Below, piece after piece: positions 25,837 through 32,000 of a DNA stretch of 32,000 nucleotides. A model generated the notes under the pieces. The model saw only the letters and a list, made by a program, of their open reading frames with translations, did no database searches and was not told the DNA's origin. Within the stretch, counting starts at the first letter, position 1; each line of letters starts with the position of its first letter. The stretch spans positions 2,760,001 through 2,792,000 of the forward strand of contig NC_003272.1 in assembly GCF_000009705.1 (NCBI RefSeq), written 5' to 3'. The stretch comes from Nostoc sp. PCC 7120 = FACHB-418 (GTDB taxonomy: Bacteria > Cyanobacteriota > Cyanobacteriia > Cyanobacteriales > Nostocaceae). Made by a program: the position numbers and the translations under genes.

Positions 25837-27273
25837 ATGAAGCGAATCAGTAAGTCTCTGCTGCTAACCTTGAATTGGATATTGTTGTCAGTTGGCACAA
25901 CAATATTAATTCTTCTCACTCAACCGATAGCACCAGTACCAGCCCAAGAACCTCCCGCCCCCACTGAGCAAACAAACACACCCCAACCCGAAAATCCCAA
26001 TGATCAAAAGCTCAGAGATGCACTAAAACGCTCATCTCCCTCGGAAACACCGCCCCAGTCCACAACAAAAGCACCGGAATCGGCGGAACCCCCACTCAGT
26101 CCAGAAGAAATTGCCCGTCAACAAAAACTCATAGAAGCAGATAAACTTTATCTGGCGGGACAAATTGCCGAGGCGGAAAAAATTTACCGCGAAGTTAAAA
26201 CACCGTTTACTCAAACATCTGCATCCAAAGAACGAAAACCAGCCATCCTTGACCCCACAGAACTTTCACCAGCAGGTAAAGTCTATTGGCGAGAAGCAGA
26301 GGCGGGGATAGCTAAGAAATTGCAAACCCGAACTTTAGTACCTCTGCAATTATTAGTTGAACAATATCCCGAATTTGTCCCTGGCCATATTCGCTACGCT
26401 GAAGTTCTCACCCAATACGATCGCCACACAGAAGCATTAGATATTTTAGAACGGGCATCATCTCTTTATCCCAATCAACCAAAGTTAACTCAAGCCAGAG
26501 TTAGCGCCTTGGCTAAATCAAAGAAATGGATGGAAGCATCTTTAGCTGCAAGGCAATTTGCTATTCTCAACCCTAATAATCCCCAAGCACCAGAATTTAC
26601 CCAATTAGCCGAGAAACATCTTCAACGCTATCAATCCTACGTTCGAGAGGAAATTAGAGGTAATTTAATTAGTAACGTCATTACAGGCGCATTGGGTTAT
26701 GCGGTTACTGGTAGCTTATTGGGGCCGTTTTCTGCCCTTGACTCCACCATTTTGCTACTACAGGGCGAAAAATCTATTGGTGAATCGGTAGCAAAACAGG
26801 CGAAAAAACAGCTGCCTTTGGTCATAGACGATGATGTTTTAGCCTACGTCAATGATATTGGGCAGAAACTGGCGAAAGTCGCGGGTAGAAACGAATTTAA
26901 ATACGAATTTTTTGTCATTCCGGAAGAAGAACTTAACGCCTTTGCCCTACCGGGAGGGAAAATTTTTATTAATGCTGGTGCGATCGCCAAAACCACTTCC
27001 GAAGCAGAATTAGCGGGATTAGTAGCACATGAATTATCTCATGTTGTCTTATCCCACGGCTTTCAATTAGTTACCCAAGGAAATCTCATCTCTAACGTTA
27101 CTCAATATCTGCCCTTTGGTGGCACTATTGGGCAACTTTTCGCCATGAATTACAGCCGGGATATGGAAAGACAGGCAGATATTTTGGGTACACGGTTAAT
27201 TGTTGCTAGTGGCTATGCTGCTGATGGCTTGCGGAATTTAATGGTGACACTAGACAAGCAAAAAAAAATATGA
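25837..27273 (+). CDS. TPR-containing M48 family zinc metallopeptidase, reading frame terminated prematurely after an A9 run
   Basis: It has a signal/TM-like N-terminus (LLLTLNWILLSVGTTILILL), a Pro/Glu-rich linker, TPR-like repeats and the HEXXH motif (VAHELSHVVLSH). The ATG at 25837 is preferred over the GTG at 25825. The frame ends ...LDKQKKI* right after the A-run at 27260-27268. Confidence 0.8.
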   Translation: MKRISKSLLLTLNWILLSVGTTILILLTQPIAPVPAQEPPAPTEQTNTPQPENPNDQKLRDALKRSSPSETPPQSTTKAPESAEPPLSPEEIARQQKLIEADKLYLAGQIAEAEKIYREVKTPFTQTSASKERKPAILDPTELSPAGKVYWREAEAGIAKKLQTRTLVPLQLLVEQYPEFVPGHIRYAEVLTQYDRHTEALDILERASSLYPNQPKLTQARVSALAKSKKWMEASLAARQFAILNPNNPQAPEFTQLAEKHLQRYQSYVREEIRGNLISNVITGALGYAVTGSLLGPFSALDSTILLLQGEKSIGESVAKQAKKQLPLVIDDDVLAYVNDIGQKLAKVAGRNEFKYEFFVIPEEELNAFALPGGKIFINAGAIAKTTSEAELAGLVAHELSHVVLSHGFQLVTQGNLISNVTQYLPFGGTIGQLFAMNYSRDMERQADILGTRLIVASGYAADGLRNLMVTLDKQKKI

Positions 27274-27466
27274 CATTCCCACTTGGTTATCTTCCCACCC
27301 AGGCGGTAATGAGCGAGTTAGTTATCTAGAAAACTTAATTTCTCGCAATAGTTATAATCGCTACGCTTATGAAGGTGTACAACGCCATGCAGAAATTAAA
27401 GTGAAAGTTAACAAACTCCTTAAACAGAGAAAAGAAGAAGAGGAAAAAAAGCGCACTACGGAATGA
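27269..27466 (+). pseudogene. Displaced C-terminal segment of the same M48 peptidase (+1 frame)
   Basis: My translation from 27269 is YDIPTWLSSHPGGNERVSYLENLISRNSYNRYAYEGVQRHAEIKVKVNKLLKQRKEEEEKKRTTE*. SSHPxxxER is the conserved M48 C-terminal motif that follows the HEXXH region. Removing one A from the A9 run fuses it in-frame. Confidence 0.7.
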
Positions 27467-27540
27467 ACTAAAAGTAAAATTTTTCGTCAAATAAATCAGG
27501 ACTAAAGTTGCGTGTCATCAATTTCTCATTGGGTTAGTTT

Positions 27541-27695
27541 AACGTGAGTTCGACGAATTTCAAAAACCCCTCTCCAAACCTCTCCCCTGCAAGGAGAGAG
27601 GCTTCAAAACCCTAATTTTTCCTTAAGTTTTCGGGATATCTAAACCCCTCTCCGCGTCGGAGAGGGGTTTGGGGAGAGGTCATCGAACTGACGTT
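27541..27695. mobile_element. MITE-like non-autonomous element (about 155 bp) with terminal inverted repeats and a putative target-site duplication
   Basis: The terminal inverted repeats are AACGTGAGTTCGACGA (27541-56) and the reverse complement of 27680-95, AACGTCAGTTCGATGA (14/16 match). Internally there is a perfect hairpin AACCCCTCTCC-GCGTC-GGAGAGGGGTT. AGTTT flanks the element on both sides (27536-40 and 27696-27700). Confidence 0.6.
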
Positions 27696-27764
27696 AGTTT
27701 ATAGTCCCTAATCTTTAACCAATGACTAATGACTAATACACTGTTTGTCACTGGAGGAGCATTC

Positions 27765-28544
27765 ATGTTATCTAAAAGCTGGAAACTCGCTTTCTTGGGT
27801 AGTTTAGGTTTATCTTTTTTCCTTGGTAATTCCGTCGCATTGGCACAATTTGACGATGGTGTTGTTGTGCCAACTGTACCATCAGGTTCATCGACACCGA
27901 CAAACGTACCCTATCCTTATCCAACAGATACATCAACAAATATACCTCCTGTCACAAATGGGGATGGCACAGTCAGATTCAGATGCGTGCCTATAAACGG
28001 ACAGCAGACAGTAGTTTATCAGCCCCAAAGTCAACCAGGGCAATACTTTCCTTGGGCAGCACCGAGAAATTTAGGTGGTGGTTGGGATGCAGCCAGCAGA
28101 TGTCAGGCGATCGCCAATCGTCTAGAGTCCTATCGCCCAGATGGCTTACAAGAACTTCAGGTTTCTGTAGAAAACAACGAAAATATTATTTGTGTGACAA
28201 CCGACGCAAACCAACGCTGTCGCATTGTCCTGACTGTACCTCGTAACCAAGACCCCTACACAGTACGTAATAACGTTTTCCAAAACCTAGTGACTGCTGA
28301 TAACGGACAGCAAACTACAGCCGTCAACACCTACAGAGGTAATAACGACCTTTACAACTTGGGTAGCACCCTTTTAGGTAATGGCAATAATCGGGTGAGT
28401 TCATCCAGACGCGGAATCAACTTGAAGCCCTACCTCGACACCAGAGATGGAGGAACAGCTAGAGGCTTGAGAAATGGGGTAGCTATTCGTCGTCAATCTC
28501 CCAATCAAGCCCCTGCACGCCTCAATCCTGATAGATTCCGCTAA
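27765..28544 (+). CDS. COP23 domain-containing secreted protein (circadian oscillating polypeptide family)
   Basis: GGAGG lies 8 nt upstream of the ATG at 27765. The signal peptide is MLSKSWKLAFLGSLGLSFFLGNSVALA. The core RFRCVP...GGGWDAASRCQAIANRLESY...NIICVT...QRCRIVLTVP matches my recollection of the COP23 cysteine pattern. Confidence 0.65.
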   Translation: MLSKSWKLAFLGSLGLSFFLGNSVALAQFDDGVVVPTVPSGSSTPTNVPYPYPTDTSTNIPPVTNGDGTVRFRCVPINGQQTVVYQPQSQPGQYFPWAAPRNLGGGWDAASRCQAIANRLESYRPDGLQELQVSVENNENIICVTTDANQRCRIVLTVPRNQDPYTVRNNVFQNLVTADNGQQTTAVNTYRGNNDLYNLGSTLLGNGNNRVSSSRRGINLKPYLDTRDGGTARGLRNGVAIRRQSPNQAPARLNPDRFR

Positions 28545-28592
28545 TTTTAGTATTTCCTATATGGATATCTTGCACCTTTTCAATAAGCAAGT

Positions 28593-28609
28593 GGTGGGCA
28601 ATGCCCACC
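28593..28609 (+). repeat. GGTGGGC-AAT-GCCCACC hairpin (a common Nostocales intergenic hairpin motif; possible terminator of the COP23 gene)
   Basis: A perfect 7 bp GC-rich stem with a 3 nt loop, about 50 nt after the stop codon. No T-run follows. Confidence 0.4.
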
Positions 28610-28773
28610 CTACGAAATAATCAGCCTTTTAGCCTGTGATTTTGGCAATAAGAGAGTGGTGCAAAATATTAAGTATATGTACATTTGTCATAGAGTGAGC
28701 CAAAAGCCCACTCTATTTATTTTTGAATTTTGTAGCTTGCTTCCCATAGGGTATTTTGAATTTTGAATTTTGC

Positions 28774-28816
28774 GGAAAGTTGCGTGCGGGGGTTTCCCCC
28801 GTTGAGCAAACTTTCC
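28774..28816. repeat. Long hairpin repeat with a GGGGGTTTCCCCC core, flanked by GAATTTT heptamer repeats
   Basis: GGAAAGTTGC (28774-83) is nearly complementary to GCAAACTTTCC (28806-16). The core hairpin is at 28788-28800. TTTTGAATTTTGAATTTTG lies at 28755-28773 and GAATTTTGAATTG at 28822-34. The block abuts the stop codon of the EndoU-like gene. Confidence 0.6.
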
Positions 28817-28834
28817 AAGGCGAATTTTGAATTG

Positions 28835-29644
28835 TTACTGTCTACACCTTGCCCCTTGGGGAGTAGCATCAGGATAATAAGTAATAATTGCCTTGTCTTT
28901 CCTCACAAAAACTGTAGGAAAAGTTTTACCTGTTTCTTGGTCACGGACATTATAAATACAAGCCCCTTCTTTATTTCCCTGTCTTTTAAACGCTTGGGTT
29001 GCATCTACAAGCATTTCTTCGGCGTTGCTGAGATAGCCATAACCTTTAATTACATCTGTAACTGTTCGATTTCCTTGTTTAATTACCACACCTAATGTAT
29101 AAATCACACCGGGAACCACTTCTTCCCGCCTTTGATTATTTGGTAAACGTCCGCCAATACCCTGGTTTTGTAACTGTAAATATCTCCCATGAAAATGTAA
29201 GCCACCAATATCATTGGCGTTATATATTTCACCACAAAAGATATGTTCAAAACCTTTACGCTGAAACCAAATATTAGTTAAATCTTCTAGGAATTGGGCT
29301 TTTTTCTGCCGACCTGGACGCAACTCACCACCGCTAACTTTTTGCAGCCTTTGTAAGACATTGGGATAAGCAGATAGTAATTCTTTAAATTTATTAGGAC
29401 TGACTCTTGTACCAATAAAACCACAGGTTTGCAGTACAGCTTGGTCAAAAGAATTTAATTGTGGTGCTGGTGGTGTGATATCGACTTGTTGCCCTCTGGG
29501 GAAATTTACCGGAACAGGGTTATTTTCGTTATCAAAAAAAGGTAACAGTCCTTGTTGTGGCTGTGCTTGTGCTTGAGTAAGCGGATAAGTTAATAGGAAA
29601 ACAGCAAATATACTCAGCAGTTGTTGTAACTTATGGTTCGCCAT
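28835..29644 (-). CDS. EndoU / XendoU-like endoribonuclease domain protein with a signal peptide
   Basis: The start is the ATG at 29644, giving MANHKLQQLLSIFAVFLLTYPLTQAQA as a signal peptide. The C-terminal domain has KGFEHIFCGE...IGGLHFHGRY...KGYGY, resembling the XendoU catalytic His-His-Lys region (FEHVFxGE / GxHxW). Confidence 0.65.
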   Translation of the reverse strand: MANHKLQQLLSIFAVFLLTYPLTQAQAQPQQGLLPFFDNENNPVPVNFPRGQQVDITPPAPQLNSFDQAVLQTCGFIGTRVSPNKFKELLSAYPNVLQRLQKVSGGELRPGRQKKAQFLEDLTNIWFQRKGFEHIFCGEIYNANDIGGLHFHGRYLQLQNQGIGGRLPNNQRREEVVPGVIYTLGVVIKQGNRTVTDVIKGYGYLSNAEEMLVDATQAFKRQGNKEGACIYNVRDQETGKTFPTVFVRKDKAIITYYPDATPQGARCRQ

Positions 29645-29689
29645 AAATTTAAATTTAGTGTTTTGCTGACAATTTAACACCAAAAAATA

Positions 29690-29728
29690 AAGACGCAAAG
29701 CAGTTTTGTTTGCTGTTGCGTCTTTTTT
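29690..29728 (-). terminator. Rho-independent (bidirectional-looking) terminator downstream of ilvC
   Basis: AAGACGCAAAGCAG (29690-29703) pairs with TGCTGTTGCGTCTT (29711-24). It is flanked by an A-run on one side and TTTTTT on the other. On the minus strand the stem is followed by TTTATTTTTTG. Confidence 0.7.
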
Positions 29729-29747
29729 AGTGATTTAAAAGAATGTT

Positions 29748-30767
<1,020 letters not shown>

Positions 30768-30831
30768 TCATTTATTGGCAAGTCTTTGATTTTACCCCAA
30801 ATTGTGTTACCACGGGTACAAGTAGTCATGA

Positions 30832-30851
30832 GTTAACAGTTAACTGTTAAC
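30832..30851. repeat. Perfect 20 bp palindrome GTTAACAGTTAACTGTTAAC built from heptamer repeats (STRR-like, related to CAACAGT)
   Basis: Read directly. The sequence is self-complementary over all 20 nt and continues as AGTCAACA. It lies between the aldo/keto reductase stop codon and the ilvC start. Confidence 0.85.
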
Positions 30852-30869
30852 AGTCAACAAAGCTATTTA

Positions 30870-31724
30870 CTAAATTTTCTGGACTTCTTCGTCACTTAGT
30901 TGGACATTTACAGCACTGACTGAATCTTCGATGCTGGAAATTTTGCTTGCGCCGGGGATGGGCAAAATTGCCGGGGATTTGGCGCGTAACCAGGCCAATA
31001 CTATCGAGTATACAGATACACCTTTGGCTTTGGCTAATTGGGCGATCGCGGGAATATCCTGTAAATCTTGATGGCGACGACGACCTCCAAAGGGACTCCA
31101 AGGTAAAAAAGTTAGTTTTTCTTGTTCACAATACTGCAAAACACCGTCTTTTTCTGGCTGTCTTTCCCAAGGACTGTATTGATTCTGCACTGAGACAATA
31201 TCCACCACATCCCGTGCTTGCTTAATTTGTTCCACAGAAAAATTAGAAACTCCCACAAATCGAATCAAACCTGCTTCCACAGCTTCTTTCACAGGTGTCA
31301 AGGATTCTGCAATTGTATATTCTGGGTCTGGAGAGTGGTATTGCCAAACATCAATCGGTTTTTCACCACCCAACGCCTCAAAACTAACGCGGATAGTTTG
31401 ACGCAGATGTTCTGGATTCCCGTTGCGTGTCCAACTTTCATTAGGACGCATTAAGCCGCCTTTCGTCGCCACAACCACTTGGCTAGTATCACCCGCATAA
31501 GTGCTAAGTGCTTTGTGGATGAGTCTTTCATTGTGGTGCTTGTCTGACTCATCCTTACAATAAGAATCGGCAGTGTCAATAAATGTAATCCCTAAATCTA
31601 AAGCACGGTGGATAACTTGAATTGAATCTGATTCTGGTGGTCGATTATATATCGACATTGGCATTCCACCCAAACCAATGGCGCTGACAAATACACCTGT
31701 TTTTCCTAGCTGTGTAGTTTCCAT
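30870..31724 (-). CDS. Aldo/keto reductase family oxidoreductase
   Basis: It has IGLGGMPMS, the FIDTADSY catalytic Asp/Tyr region, the VVATKGG Lys region and PIPGASK near the C-terminus. Confidence 0.85.
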   Translation of the reverse strand: METTQLGKTGVFVSAIGLGGMPMSIYNRPPESDSIQVIHRALDLGITFIDTADSYCKDESDKHHNERLIHKALSTYAGDTSQVVVATKGGLMRPNESWTRNGNPEHLRQTIRVSFEALGGEKPIDVWQYHSPDPEYTIAESLTPVKEAVEAGLIRFVGVSNFSVEQIKQARDVVDIVSVQNQYSPWERQPEKDGVLQYCEQEKLTFLPWSPFGGRRRHQDLQDIPAIAQLAKAKGVSVYSIVLAWLRAKSPAILPIPGASKISSIEDSVSAVNVQLSDEEVQKI

Positions 31725-31903
31725 GCTTTTCGCTTGATTTTGATAGCATCACTAACTATCTAATAGCGGGTCAAGGAGGTTTTGACAATTCCTCTAAGGT
31801 AAGGTGATGTTAAAATTGAAACTCCCAGGGAAAGCAGCTTGTAAAGAAGACTTTCACTGGCTGAGGAGGGTAAATTGCAATCTTCAACCAGGATTATGCT
31901 GAT

Positions 31904-32000
31904 TTATCTTGATGTCTGTTTAGTAATTGCTGGATTTAACTGTTGCCATAATCCCAGGCGTTTATTTTTAGCATTGGCTTCAGCGATGAGGTATTGTGTT
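31904..32000 (-). CDS. Thermonuclease (SNase)-like protein, C-terminal 31 codons only; the gene starts beyond the right edge
   Basis: My minus-strand translation is ...TQYLIAEANAKNKRLGLWQQLNPAITKQTSR*. The AExxAKxxxxGLW motif is typical of the end of staphylococcal-nuclease-like domains. The evidence is short. Confidence 0.4.
   Translation of the reverse strand, partial: TQYLIAEANAKNKRLGLWQQLNPAITKQTSR

Noticed and set aside
27541-27560. GAGTTCGACGAAT, resembling a tRNA T-arm, considered as a possible tRNA gene or fragment
   Set aside because: No acceptor stem, D-arm or anticodon arm could be built around it. It is the terminal inverted repeat of the MITE-like element.
31807-31902. 31-codon ORF MLKLKLPGKAACKEDFHWLRRVNCNLQPGLC between the aldo/keto reductase and the thermonuclease-like gene
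   Set aside because: It is short and has no strong ribosome-binding or conservation evidence available. It is convergent with, and nearly touches, the nuclease gene stop codon, so it is most likely a chance ORF.

Overview
This 32 kb window looks like chromosomal DNA from a filamentous heterocyst-forming cyanobacterium (Nostoc/Anabaena type). Support: about 25 copies by eye of the HIP1 octamer GCGATCGC, heptamer tandem (STRR-like) repeats in intergenic regions, small GC-rich hairpin repeats, and cyanobacterial marker genes (ldpA, a COP23-domain protein, an RRM-type Rbp, a ycf45-like R3H ATPase).

Gene content, left to right:
1. Coordinates 1-7640: a divergently organised Wzx/Wzy-type exopolysaccharide locus. 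The minus-strand operon is pyruvyl transferase > GT4 > GT4 > flippase, with ATGA start/stop overlaps. The plus-strand operon is Wza-like exporter > kinase-less Wzz/GumC-like co-polymerase > Wzy/O-antigen-ligase-like protein.
2. Housekeeping genes: ruvC, a YvcK-like protein, tsaE, pyrC, lepB, a MOSC protein, ilvC and an aldo/keto reductase.
3. A patatin-like phospholipase that borders a 1.2 kb ORF-free AT-rich tract.
4. A tandem pair of N-terminal-receiver signalling proteins (REC-GGDEF-EAL and REC-histidine kinase), preceded by a receiver-domain remnant.
5. ldpA, a ycf45-like ATPase, an arginase-family ureohydrolase and a glycine-rich RRM protein.
6. A TPR-M48 metallopeptidase broken by a frameshift in an A9 run, a MITE-like element, a COP23-domain protein, and a signal-peptide-bearing XendoU-like ribonuclease.
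7. The C-terminal end of a thermonuclease-like gene at the right edge.

I found no CRISPR array, tRNA, rRNA, transposase, integrase or recognisable multi-gene defence system. I cannot point to a convincing novel multi-gene system from sequence alone.

The observations most worth follow-up are:
- repeat-element DNA read in-frame inside ldpA, and possibly inside the kinase ATPase domain;
- the homopolymer frameshift in the M48 peptidase;
- the 1.2 kb coding desert beside the patatin gene;
- the sensor-less REC-GGDEF-EAL/REC-HK pair;
- the orphan secreted EndoU-like RNase.

All product calls rest on motif recognition from the supplied translations. No database search was run.
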